Shown here piece by piece: positions 9,512 through 20,456 of a DNA stretch of 64,000 bases. The stretch lies in NCBI GenBank assembly GCA_029861865.1, contig JAOTYL010000003.1, positions 234,695 to 298,694 of the forward strand. The letters run 5' to 3'. The notes under the pieces are model-generated. The model was not told the DNA's origin, made no database searches, and was given only the letters and a program-made list of their open reading frames with translations. The position numbers and the translations under genes were made by a program. The stretch comes from Myxococcales bacterium (GTDB lineage Bacteria; Myxococcota_A; Polyangia; Polyangiales; Houyiibacteriaceae). The first letter of the stretch is position 1. The number at the start of each line of letters is the position of its first letter.

Positions 9512-11892
9512 GTGAGGCGGAGAAGAAGACTCTAGCCGATCTCGAGTGGGAACAGGTGGAGCAGGCGGTTGCCGAGCGCTGCCATGGTCCGCTTCGAGAC
9601 CGACTCGCCCTGAAGCTCGGGGAGACTTTCGAAGACACCGAGCGGGCGCTAGCCGAGTCGAAGGAGGCCTGGCAGCTCCTCGACCGAGGCGAGGCGCTTC
9701 CCCTCGAGGGGATCACTCACATCGAGCCCTCGCTACGGCATCTCGAGAGAGAGGGTGTTCTCGACGGGCTAGCCCTGCGCGACATCCGAAGCTCGCTTCG
9801 AGGCGCGGCCGCACTCCGGCGTTTCCTCGGACAGCGCAAGGCCATGGTTCCTTTTCTCGACCGCGCTTGCAGCGTCGATCCGACCCTCGACGGGCTCGAG
9901 GACGAGATCGGAATGTCGATCGGTGACGACGGATCCGTTCTCGATTCTGCAAGCGTCGAGATGGCGCATCTTCGCGAAGAGGTGGCGAACCTTCGTGGCC
10001 GCATCGTTCGCAAGCTAGAGGAGCTCATCCAGAAGCGCAGCGCGATTCTGCAAGACTCGTTCTACACGACTCGAGAGGGGCGCTATGTCCTGCCGGTTCG
10101 GGCCGATGCGCACGAGCGGTTTCACGGGATCGTGCACGGGTCGAGCGCAAGCGGCGCCACTATTTTCGTCGAGCCACGCGAGCTCGTCGAGCGGGGCAAC
10201 CGGCTGAAGATGGCGCAGGCCGAGCTCGACCGGGAGGAGCGACGGATTCTCGCGGCGGTCTGCGACCTGGTGCGTCAGTATGTACCTCAGCTTCGAGCCG
10301 CTGCCGAAGCGCTCGATCACGCCGACCTTAGGGCTGCGAGCGCGAAACTGGCCCTCGACCTCGGTGCACGCTTCATGGAGCTTTGCGAGGCACCCAAGAT
10401 CTCGCTTCGTGGAGCGCGCCATCCGCTGTTGGTGCTCGGCGGTGTGGACGTCATCGCAAACGACGTCGATCTGGCCGGGGGTGAAGCGCTGGTAATCTCC
10501 GGGCCTAACGCAGGCGGCAAGACAGTGGCGCTAAAGATGCTCGGCCTCGCTGCCCTGATGACGCGCGCCGGGCTTCCCTTCCCAGCTGACGAGGGCAGCG
10601 TTTGCGGGTTTTTCTCGCCGGTCCATGCTGCGGTGGGCGACGAACAAAGTTTGGCGCGGAGCCTCTCGACTTTCTCCGCACACCTCGTGACGTTGAGCAG
10701 CATCCTCGAGCAGGCAGGTGAACGCGTTTTGGTGCTGCTCGACGAGCTTGCTGGAGCCACCGACCCCGAAACGGGGGCGGCCCTCGCTTGCGCGATCGTG
10801 AAAAACCTGGTCGACGCCGGTGCAGCCGTTGCCGTAACGACGCACTACGAGGCGCTCAAGGCCGTGGCGGCGGAGCGCGACGACATGCGAAACGCCGCGG
10901 TGGGCTTCGACTTCGAGAACATGGCGCCGACATTCCGGATGACCATGGGTGTCCCTGGGGGCTCGAATGCGCTCGAAATCGCTCGCCGCTACGGAATCCC
11001 CGGCGATGTCGTCGAAGAAGCTCGTCGAATTCTGCCGGAGCATTCCCGAAACTTCGAAACGCTCGTGGCCAAGCTCGAGAGCGCCACCCAAGCGGCGCTG
11101 CAAGAGCAGGAGGGGCTCGAGCTCGAACGCGCCCAACTCGGCAAAACGAGAGCAAAGCTCGACCTGCGCCGCGAGGCGCTCGATGCGCGCGAAGCCCGCG
11201 GGCTCAGCCAGGAAGCGATGCGTTTGGTCGACAAGGTGCGGCAGGTTCAGCGTAAGCTCGACGCGGCCAAAAAGGCGCTTCGCGAAGACGCGTCGGCGGA
11301 AGCGGTCACGTCCGCCGAAGTCGCGACGCGCGAGGGTGGCGAGGTGCTCGGAAAGCTCGATGCTGAGCGGCTCGCCCTCGAGCCCGAGCCGATCGAAACG
11401 GCGGACCTCGATTCCGAGACGTTGAGGGTTGGTGACCGCGTATGGGTGCAGCGGCTGCGAAGTGTTGCAGAGGTGGTCGAAGCGGCGACACGCGGTAGGG
11501 TCCGGGTTTCGGCGGGTATGATGAAGCTTTGGGTCGACGTCTCGGACCTTCGCGGGCTCAAGCAAGCGACCGCCACCGCCGCCACAAAGGCTCCGGAGAC
11601 CGCGGTCTCCGGCGAACGCCCTGCTGCGAGGCGGGCTATCCGCACCGGCGACAACACGCTCGACGTCCGCGGGTTGCGGGCAGACGATGCTGTGGCGATG
11701 GCCGAGGCGTTTCTCGACCAGATGTACGGGGCAGCCGAACCGTGCGCATTCATCTTGCACGGGGTTGGGAGTGGCGCACTTCGTGATGCGATTCACGAGC
11801 ACCTTTCGCGCGACAACACGTATGTCGAGGGCTTTCGGGCAGCTACGCAGGAAGAAGGCGGCCCTCAGGTGACCGTCGTCTCGCTCAAGTAG
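9499..11892 (+). CDS. mutS2: endonuclease MutS2 (Smr domain)
   Basis: Walker A ISGPNAGGKTV, LVLLDELAGATDP, and C-terminal Smr domain LDVRGLRADDAVAMAEAFLD...ILHGVGSGALR. GTG start overlaps the kinase stop (alternative GTG at 9508 in a GTGA overlap). Confidence 0.9.
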   Translation: MGSVSEAEKKTLADLEWEQVEQAVAERCHGPLRDRLALKLGETFEDTERALAESKEAWQLLDRGEALPLEGITHIEPSLRHLEREGVLDGLALRDIRSSLRGAAALRRFLGQRKAMVPFLDRACSVDPTLDGLEDEIGMSIGDDGSVLDSASVEMAHLREEVANLRGRIVRKLEELIQKRSAILQDSFYTTREGRYVLPVRADAHERFHGIVHGSSASGATIFVEPRELVERGNRLKMAQAELDREERRILAAVCDLVRQYVPQLRAAAEALDHADLRAASAKLALDLGARFMELCEAPKISLRGARHPLLVLGGVDVIANDVDLAGGEALVISGPNAGGKTVALKMLGLAALMTRAGLPFPADEGSVCGFFSPVHAAVGDEQSLARSLSTFSAHLVTLSSILEQAGERVLVLLDELAGATDPETGAALACAIVKNLVDAGAAVAVTTHYEALKAVAAERDDMRNAAVGFDFENMAPTFRMTMGVPGGSNALEIARRYGIPGDVVEEARRILPEHSRNFETLVAKLESATQAALQEQEGLELERAQLGKTRAKLDLRREALDAREARGLSQEAMRLVDKVRQVQRKLDAAKKALREDASAEAVTSAEVATREGGEVLGKLDAERLALEPEPIETADLDSETLRVGDRVWVQRLRSVAEVVEAATRGRVRVSAGMMKLWVDVSDLRGLKQATATAATKAPETAVSGERPAARRAIRTGDNTLDVRGLRADDAVAMAEAFLDQMYGAAEPCAFILHGVGSGALRDAIHEHLSRDNTYVEGFRAATQEEGGPQVTVVSLK

Positions 11893-11895
11893 GGC

Positions 11896-14106
<2,211 letters not shown>

Positions 14107-14112
14107 CGGCTC

Positions 14113-15252
14113 TTACGCCGAGAGGAAGCGCTGGGTCGATTCGGTGTCGTACTGGCCTGCGCGGAATGCGTAGTCGGCCAAGATGCGGCGTAAATCGGGC
14201 ACGTTTGTGGTGAACGGCTCAGCCCGCATTTCGGCAAGCATGCGATCCATCGTGAGAAGAGCGCGATGCCGGATCGGATCGTACGTCGTGAGCTTGGCGA
14301 TCAGGGGGCGGTCGTCTGCCGGCAGAGGCAGCCCGACCGTTGCCGATGCGGTGGCTTGAACTCTGCCCTGCGGTGCGGGCGCGATGGACAACGACGAGAC
14401 CACGGCTTCGGGGTGATCGAGCGCCACGATCGATGCGCCCAGCGCATGCCCCCGAGGCTCCACGATTCTCAGCTCTTCGGGGATCTTTTCACCCGAGGCG
14501 ATACGCAGCTGCAGCCCGACGAGGTCTACACGCGTCACCATTTCGATTAGCGTATGGTGTCGCGGGAGTCCGATCGTCACACCCGAGGCCCAGGCAAGTC
14601 CGGCCGGGTCGAGCTGGAACCCGACCTCGAGCAAGCCCGCATAGCGTAGCTCGGCTGCGAGGCGGCACGCACTATCGAAGAGTGCCATCCGAAAGGCCTC
14701 TCCATCGGACCGAAAGAACAACTCCGGCGTGGGACTCTCGTGAATCAGGACATGCTCGCTCGTCGAAAGGCTGCGGTCGCACTCGGCGATGGCGACGGCG
14801 TCGCCGTGGGAGTCGGCAGCGACCAGCACGCCGACTTCTCTTGGACGATACGGAGGCTCGGTGTCAGCGGTCCGCACATGCGCTCGCTCAGCTGCGGATC
14901 GCACCGTGGTCGGATCGGTCAACGCCCCGAGGACGTCCAAATCCGTGCCGACCACTGCGAGGTCGGCTTTTTCTGCCGCGCTTGCGAGCTCCCACATCTG
15001 GGGCTGCCCTTGATAACCAAGGTGGACCGCCTCGGCGCCTGACTCTTCGAGGATTCTCGCGAGCTGGTCGGTAGGGATGGATCCCGTCTCATCGAGCTCG
15101 ACTTCGATCGACCGATCCGCTGCCCCAACGTGTCGACTCCCCGGCTCATCCTTTGAGGCGACGACGATCGACGTGATGCCCATGCGCCGACAAGAGCGGG
15201 CGACGCGGGTGGCAGCTTCCCCGCGCCGCAAGATGAGAACGGTTTCGAACAC
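14113..15252 (-). CDS. biotin carboxylase-like protein lacking the ATP-grasp B-domain (probable pseudoenzyme)
   Basis: 379 aa. N-terminus VLILRRGEAATRVARSCRRMGITSIVV...HVGAADRSIEV aligns with the biotin carboxylase N-domain. The C-terminus (RGHALGASIVALD...LIAKLTTYDP...FTTNVPDLRRIL) aligns with the BC C-domain. About 70 residues, including the Gly-rich loop, are absent. Confidence 0.7.
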   Translation of the reverse strand: MFETVLILRRGEAATRVARSCRRMGITSIVVASKDEPGSRHVGAADRSIEVELDETGSIPTDQLARILEESGAEAVHLGYQGQPQMWELASAAEKADLAVVGTDLDVLGALTDPTTVRSAAERAHVRTADTEPPYRPREVGVLVAADSHGDAVAIAECDRSLSTSEHVLIHESPTPELFFRSDGEAFRMALFDSACRLAAELRYAGLLEVGFQLDPAGLAWASGVTIGLPRHHTLIEMVTRVDLVGLQLRIASGEKIPEELRIVEPRGHALGASIVALDHPEAVVSSLSIAPAPQGRVQATASATVGLPLPADDRPLIAKLTTYDPIRHRALLTMDRMLAEMRAEPFTTNVPDLRRILADYAFRAGQYDTESTQRFLSA

Positions 15253-15332
15253 CGGCCGAGCATAGCAATCGCGACCATCGAGGCATCCCGCGCCGACTTG
15301 ACGGAAACTCGAGGCCGCCGCACTAGCAAGCC

Positions 15333-15827
15333 ATGCCGATTCGGCTCAGGTCCTGTCGACTAGAGCGCCGGTCGGTACGTCACGCGGACCTTGCATGGCG
15401 CGCCGAAGCCATGCTGCGCGCTCTCGGTCTAGAGGACTCCGAGCTGTCGATCCTTCTGTGCGACGACGCGACGATCAAGGACCTCAACCGGCGCTATCGC
15501 GAGATCGACGAAGCCACCGACGTTCTCGCCTTTTCCATGGGCGACGGGCCGCAGTCCTCGGCTGCGCCCGGGCTCCTCGGGGATGTCGTGATCTCCCTGC
15601 CCACCGCGACCCGTCAGGCCCGTCAGCACGATCGCCCCATCGTCGATGAAGTGACCTTTTTGCTCGCCCACGGGCTCCTTCACCTCCTCGGATACGATCA
15701 CGGGACCGCGTCCGAGGAGCGAGAAATGACAGGCCGTACCGATGCGCTCATGGAGGCCGTGAGGGTTGGTCGACCCAGCGCAAAACCTGTGGAAAAACCC
15801 CATCGCAGCGGTTCTCGGCGCCGTTGA
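15333..15827 (+). CDS. ybeY: rRNA maturation RNase YbeY
   Basis: Zinc motif HGLLHLLGYDH, plus ILLCDDATIKDLNRRYR and TDVLAF. Confidence 0.9.
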   Translation: MPIRLRSCRLERRSVRHADLAWRAEAMLRALGLEDSELSILLCDDATIKDLNRRYREIDEATDVLAFSMGDGPQSSAAPGLLGDVVISLPTATRQARQHDRPIVDEVTFLLAHGLLHLLGYDHGTASEEREMTGRTDALMEAVRVGRPSAKPVEKPHRSGSRRR

Positions 15828-16171
15828 AAACCATAGACCCAGTCGAGGTTTTCGGTCCCAAACAATCGAAAACAAAACCGATTTACCTTGCTCGAACAAA
15901 GTTCACAAATAGGGAAGTAACCCGCACCTAGTTCACGGGGAACCTGTGGAGCGCCTGTGGGAAATCCGGCACCGACGGGGCCCAGGGGTTCGCGTGTTGG
16001 AACCCGGCTGCGATCGATCGATCGCTTAACCCCTGAAATTTTCTTTCGGAAAGCTCACAAACCGCTTGTCAGCGCGGAAAACCTTAGGCATAGATGGCGC
16101 CGTGCCTGTCTAAGGCTCTTTTTGGGGGCTTTTTTGCACCGACGGACAGGTAGCGGAGTTAGGAGGGAACT

Positions 16172-16486
16172 ATGGTAGCGGGCAAGCGAATGACGAAGGC
16201 CCAGATCATGAGTGAGTTGGCCGACAAGAGCGGCATGACCAAGAAGGAAGTGGCCGGCGTCTTCGATGCACTTCGAGACCTAGTCAAGAAAGAGCTTGGT
16301 CGTCGTGGCCCGGGGGAGTTCGTCATTCCGGATATGATCAAACTCAAGGTTCGTAAGATTCCGGCGAAGCCTGCTCGGATGGGGCGCAATCCGGCAACAG
16401 GCGAGGAGATGATGCTTCCGCCGAAAGCCGCGTCCAAGAAGATCCGTGCAACGCCGCTCAAGAAGCTCAAGGACCTCGTCCTCTGA
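16172..16486 (+). CDS. HU/IHF-family DNA-binding protein
   Basis: 104-aa basic ORF MTKAQIMSELADKSGMTKKEVAGVFDAL...RMGRNPATGEEM (beta-arm R.GRNP.TGE). AGGAGGG RBS just upstream. Confidence 0.85.
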   Translation: MVAGKRMTKAQIMSELADKSGMTKKEVAGVFDALRDLVKKELGRRGPGEFVIPDMIKLKVRKIPAKPARMGRNPATGEEMMLPPKAASKKIRATPLKKLKDLVL

Positions 16487-16510
16487 GTGACGCGAGCTGA
16501 AGAATCGATG

Positions 16511-16537
16511 AAAAGGGGCCCTCAGGGCCCCTTTTTT
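16511..16537. terminator. bidirectional intrinsic terminator
   Basis: AAAA-GGGGCCC-TCA-GGGCCCC-TTTTTT: perfect 7-bp GC stem flanked by an A-run and a T-run, between the convergent HU gene and the 16522-17943 ORF. It overlaps that ORF's last codons. Confidence 0.7.
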
Positions 16538-17943
16538 GTTTCGCCAGGCTTCTTCGTGGAACTGGGCTTCGCAGCAGGACTCGGCTCATTCGGTATGCTC
16601 GGAGCTCGTGGAGGCCTGGACGTGCTCCCAACGCTACGCAGACGGCCCTCGAGATAGCTCAAGATGAAGCGTATCTGATCTGCCGTGAGCATGAACGAGA
16701 CTCTGATCCGCTCCTGTTCCGGGTCGAGCTTCATGCGTCGGAGGGTTTTTCCAAATCCCGCAAGGGTCATCACCAGCTGTTGCGAGTAGAAGTTGGCCAC
16801 CTTCTTCCAATAGATCGAAGCGTCTCGGGCTTCTTCGTCCGTCGCGAACGTCGCTAGTGCGATGACGGTGGCCTCGTCCGGTCCGGTTTCGCGTACCGCA
16901 ACTCGCAGTCGTATTGGGATGTGACGAACATTGCCTCGAACGAACCGATGCACACCTTCTATCTCGAGCGACAGCGCCTCCTTGGGTCCCATCGAAAGCA
17001 GCGCGTCAGGACCGCGTGCCTTCACGAGTCCTTCCTTCTTGGCGTCGCGGAGCTCGCGGGCCTTGGCGAGTGCGAGCACGCGCCGCAAGTCTTCTGGCCT
17101 CGTGATTGTGAAGTGACGTGGGCTCAGGACCGCGATCATCCGCTTCGTTCGATCGAGGTTGTGCCACGGCGCCGTTCGTATCCCATAGCGGCGTTTCCAG
17201 GGGGCGGGCTTTCCGCGCGCACGCGCCATGAGCCGGACGCTTGCTTCCGCAAAAGCCTTGCCGCGGTGGTGTCGTCCGGCGAGCACTAGCTTCGACCGTT
17301 CCAGATTGGGCGAAGCGACGAGGAGCCTGTCGAGGTCTTCTACTGGGTCGATCCCCGAACCCGCCAGCAAGAGCTGCCAATCGGGAACACCGGAAAGAAA
17401 CCGAGTGACGTCCGGCCCTAGAGGCGACTCCCGAATCCGCTTCATATCGATTCGAAGCGCAAGCTGGGCCCCAGCGGGAATGCGGGAAGGCCCGGTGATC
17501 GCAGACGGACCCACGGGGATGTCAGCGACGGTGTCAGGGTCAGTGACAGTGTCAGGGTCAGCGTCAGGGTCAGGGTCAGTGTCAGCGACAGTGTCAGCGT
17601 CAGGGTCAGCGACAGTGTCAGTGTCAGGGTCAGCGACAGTGTCAGTGTCAGGGTCGGTGTCTGGGGCTTGGTCTGGGACTCCGGCGTCGATCTGTTCAAT
17701 TGGCTCATCGACCGCCCCGCCGCTGGCGCCCTTCTTCGGTCCCGCCGTACCTCCTGGCGTGGCCGTGGCAGTCATTGCTTCGGTCAATCCGAACTCGACC
17801 TCGGTCGGCAGGGTCAGCTCGAAATCGAAATCGAAGTTGGCTGTGCGGCTTGCGACGTATCCGAAGACCGCCGCGTGCAAGAGCACGGACGCGACGAGGC
17901 CGAACGTCGTCGAGAACGCTTCGAGTTGTTGACCACTGCGCAT
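16522..17943 (-). CDS. membrane-anchored hypothetical protein with acidic Asp/Thr/Pro repeat linker
   Basis: 473-aa ORF. It has an N-terminal TM helix FGLVASVLLHAAVFGYV, then a DPDTDTVADPDTDTVADPDADTVAD repeat tract, then a ~330-aa globular domain with no motif I recognise. Confidence 0.6.
   Translation of the reverse strand: MRSGQQLEAFSTTFGLVASVLLHAAVFGYVASRTANFDFDFELTLPTEVEFGLTEAMTATATPGGTAGPKKGASGGAVDEPIEQIDAGVPDQAPDTDPDTDTVADPDTDTVADPDADTVADTDPDPDADPDTVTDPDTVADIPVGPSAITGPSRIPAGAQLALRIDMKRIRESPLGPDVTRFLSGVPDWQLLLAGSGIDPVEDLDRLLVASPNLERSKLVLAGRHHRGKAFAEASVRLMARARGKPAPWKRRYGIRTAPWHNLDRTKRMIAVLSPRHFTITRPEDLRRVLALAKARELRDAKKEGLVKARGPDALLSMGPKEALSLEIEGVHRFVRGNVRHIPIRLRVAVRETGPDEATVIALATFATDEEARDASIYWKKVANFYSQQLVMTLAGFGKTLRRMKLDPEQERIRVSFMLTADQIRFILSYLEGRLRSVGSTSRPPRAPSIPNEPSPAAKPSSTKKPGETKKGP
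17521..17662. repeat. imperfect hexanucleotide tandem repeat (GTCAGB/GACAGT)n, about 23 units
   Basis: Directly visible: gtcagcgacggtgtcagggtcagtgacagtgtcagggtcagcgtcagggtcagggtcagtgtcagcgacagt... It encodes the (D-P/T-D-T-V-A)n tract of the 16522-17943 ORF. Confidence 0.85.
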
Positions 17944-17973
17944 CCTAATGACACTTCGTAGCAGACCATCGCC

Positions 17974-19365
17974 ATGCGAAGCACACTACGAGCCCAGTCT
18001 TGGTTTACCACTGCGCTTTTCAGCACGGCGATTACGGCCACTTGTGCCGCGTGTGACCTCGCCGAGCCGCTTGGCGACCGGGTCGAGGAGATCCTGGAGC
18101 TGCCCCGCGATCTCGGCCCGCCCCGAAGTGTGTTTGCCAGGCGGTTCGTGGCTCCGGTTTGGAGCGCACCCGACTTGGAAGCCCCACGCCTCGGATACCT
18201 TCGTGCGGGCGCGGTGCTCCAGTCGACCACCTCGCTGCCGGTCGCAGAAGACGGCTGCGAGGGCGGCTGGTACGAGCTCGACGCGGGCGGTTTCGTCTGT
18301 TCCGGGCGCGACGTGACGATCTTTTCGGGCGAGAGGTTGCCGGAGCGTCGGGCACGTCAACCCGATCGGGATGCGGTCATGCCGTACGAATTCGCCACCG
18401 TTCGGAAGCGGACCCCGCTTTATCGGAGGTTGCCCGCGATCGACGAGATCGTGGAAGTCTTGCCCGAGGAGCCAGACGGCGGGGTCGAAGCGCCCGCGGC
18501 AGAGATCGACAATCCGTTGGTGGTACGGGTGCTGGAGCCCGGGTTCTACGTCAGTCTCGACCGGACGTTCGAGCGGGACGGACAGACGTACTGGCGAACG
18601 CAGCAAAACGGATTCGTTCCGAGCGAGGCGCTTCGCCGCAAGGCCTGGAGCGAGTTTCGCGGGCGCCCCCTGGACGGAACCGCCTGGGCTCTTCCGGTGG
18701 CAGTCACACGCCGTGGAGAGACGAAGGTGTATAGGGCCAACGATCGCGGCAAGGTTCGGAGGACGGGTCACTCTTTGAGCCAGCGGACCTGGCTACCGGT
18801 TGGGTCCCGCCAAGAGCTCGGTGGCGAGGTGTATCTCACCACCGGGGACGATCGACTCGTTCGAGCGGCAGACGTACGCCTCGTCGAACCGACCGCCCCG
18901 CCGCCCGAAGTCGCCGAGGGCGAACGCTGGATCGATATCGATTTGGAGAACCAGGTCTTGGTTGCCTACGACTGGCTTCAGCCTCGCTACGTGACACTCA
19001 TCTCGAGCGGTCGACTCAAAGTGCCCCGCCCCGAGCTCGATTACCGCACTCCACGGGGCGTCTTTCGCATCCGCGCCAAGCACCTGACCGCCACCATGGA
19101 CGACGATGAGCCTGGCGAGCCCCCGTACTCACTTGAAGATGTTCCCTACGTGATGTACTTCAAAGGCGCCTACGCGTTTCACAGCGCGTTCTGGCATGAC
19201 CGCTTCGGTCGTCCTCGAAGCCACGGCTGCGTCAACATGGCGCCATACGACGCCAAGTGGCTCTACAACTGGGCTGGCCCCGACGCGCCCGTCGGCTGGC
19301 ACGGCGTCTACGCGACGGACGACAACCCAGGCACATGGGTCTTCATCCACGGGGAGACCCCATGA
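17974..19365 (+). CDS. L,D-transpeptidase (YkuD domain) with SH3-like N-terminal region
   Basis: C-terminal catalytic signature HSAFWHDRFGRPRSHGCVNM. N-terminal signal/lipoprotein-like TAITATCAAC. Confidence 0.85.
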   Translation: MRSTLRAQSWFTTALFSTAITATCAACDLAEPLGDRVEEILELPRDLGPPRSVFARRFVAPVWSAPDLEAPRLGYLRAGAVLQSTTSLPVAEDGCEGGWYELDAGGFVCSGRDVTIFSGERLPERRARQPDRDAVMPYEFATVRKRTPLYRRLPAIDEIVEVLPEEPDGGVEAPAAEIDNPLVVRVLEPGFYVSLDRTFERDGQTYWRTQQNGFVPSEALRRKAWSEFRGRPLDGTAWALPVAVTRRGETKVYRANDRGKVRRTGHSLSQRTWLPVGSRQELGGEVYLTTGDDRLVRAADVRLVEPTAPPPEVAEGERWIDIDLENQVLVAYDWLQPRYVTLISSGRLKVPRPELDYRTPRGVFRIRAKHLTATMDDDEPGEPPYSLEDVPYVMYFKGAYAFHSAFWHDRFGRPRSHGCVNMAPYDAKWLYNWAGPDAPVGWHGVYATDDNPGTWVFIHGETP

Positions 19366-19370
19366 CCAGA

Positions 19371-19391
19371 ATAAGGGGACAGTCCCCTTAT
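19371..19391. terminator. bidirectional hairpin between convergent genes
   Basis: ATAAGGGGAC-A-GTCCCCTTAT near-perfect palindrome, followed by TATTT on the + strand. It lies in the short gap between the ldt stop (19365) and the dctP-like stop codon (19391-19393), which its right arm touches. Confidence 0.55.
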
Positions 19392-20407
19392 TATTTGAGG
19401 GCGTCGCGGACAGCCTTGAGAAGGGCCTGGCCGTCGGGACCAACCTGTTTGGCGACCTTTTCGGGAATGCCCTTCTCTTTGGCCTTGAAGGCGTTGCGCT
19501 CCGCGGCTGTCGGCTCGTGGACGTCATAGCCGTAGCGCACGAGGTTCTTGATGAGCACCGGCTCCATCTGGCGCACTTGCTCGCGGCCCCATGTGGTGAG
19601 GTCGTACGGGATGTTGAGAAGCACGTCTTGGATGTCTTTGGGCAGCGTGTCGAACCACTTCTTCGAATAGACCACGATGCCCGGCTGATAGGAGTGCTTC
19701 GAGAGAAACAGATTGCGCTCGTCGTCGTCCAGTCCCTGGTACCAGGTAGTCGCCATGGCGAAGAGCGGGGTGTTGTCGAAGCCATCGACCACTCCGGTCT
19801 GCAGGCTGGTCATCGTGTTGGCGACGTCGATGGTGACCGGGCTCGCCCCGATGGCCTTGTAGGCCTCGACGTGGGCTACTGCCTCCTGCGACCGATAACG
19901 AATGCCCTTCATGTCTTCGGGCATACGGATGGGGCGCCGGCTGAAATAGGAGCGGAAACCGTTCTCTCCCCAGAGCGCGAACACGAGCTTGCGCTTGTCG
20001 AGGATCTTGCGCACCTGCGCTAGGACCTTCGGGTCGTCGAGCGCCTTGTCCGCCTGTTCGACTGTATCAAACACGTACGGCGCCTCGAGCACGTTGACCT
20101 CGCGAACGATCGAGCTGAGGCCACCGACCGACCCAGCGAAGCCTTGCATGCTGCCTGACGCCACGCGGCGCGCCAACGAGCGCTCATTCGAACGCCCGAG
20201 GCGGAGCTTCACCTTGACGCGGCCGTTGGTCTTTTCTTGGATGTGCTCCTTGACCTTCTTGAGCTGGACCGCCCAAGGGCTGCCCGGAGGAACGACGCTT
20301 CCGAGCTCCAGAATGAACTCAGGACCTTCCTCAGCCGATGTCGGGACGGGTGCCGAAAACAGGAGGGATAGGGCCAAACAAGCCCCGACAACGACAAATC
20401 TACGCAT
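19391..20407 (-). CDS. TRAP transporter solute-binding protein (DctP family)
   Basis: 338-aa ORF with signal peptide MRRFVVVGACLALSLLFSAPV. By eye it has the typical DctP-type layout (LGSVVPPGSPWA..., RLGRSNERSL, FALWGENGFR). Confidence 0.85.
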   Translation of the reverse strand: MRRFVVVGACLALSLLFSAPVPTSAEEGPEFILELGSVVPPGSPWAVQLKKVKEHIQEKTNGRVKVKLRLGRSNERSLARRVASGSMQGFAGSVGGLSSIVREVNVLEAPYVFDTVEQADKALDDPKVLAQVRKILDKRKLVFALWGENGFRSYFSRRPIRMPEDMKGIRYRSQEAVAHVEAYKAIGASPVTIDVANTMTSLQTGVVDGFDNTPLFAMATTWYQGLDDDERNLFLSKHSYQPGIVVYSKKWFDTLPKDIQDVLLNIPYDLTTWGREQVRQMEPVLIKNLVRYGYDVHEPTAAERNAFKAKEKGIPEKVAKQVGPDGQALLKAVRDALK

Positions 20408-20456
20408 TGAATACTCCTTGAAACCTATGACCAGACGAAATTGCGTGGGTCCATAT

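Noticed and set aside
14113-15252. The biotin-carboxylase-like gene considered as a decaying pseudogene.
   Set aside because: The frame is uninterrupted over 379 codons with a clean start and stop, and the missing B-domain is a precise in-frame deletion. I therefore call it a CDS (possible pseudoenzyme), not a pseudogene.
17521-17662. Tandem repeat tract considered as a CRISPR-like or non-coding array.
   Set aside because: The unit is only 6 nt with no spacers, and it lies inside a continuous ORF that encodes an acidic low-complexity linker.
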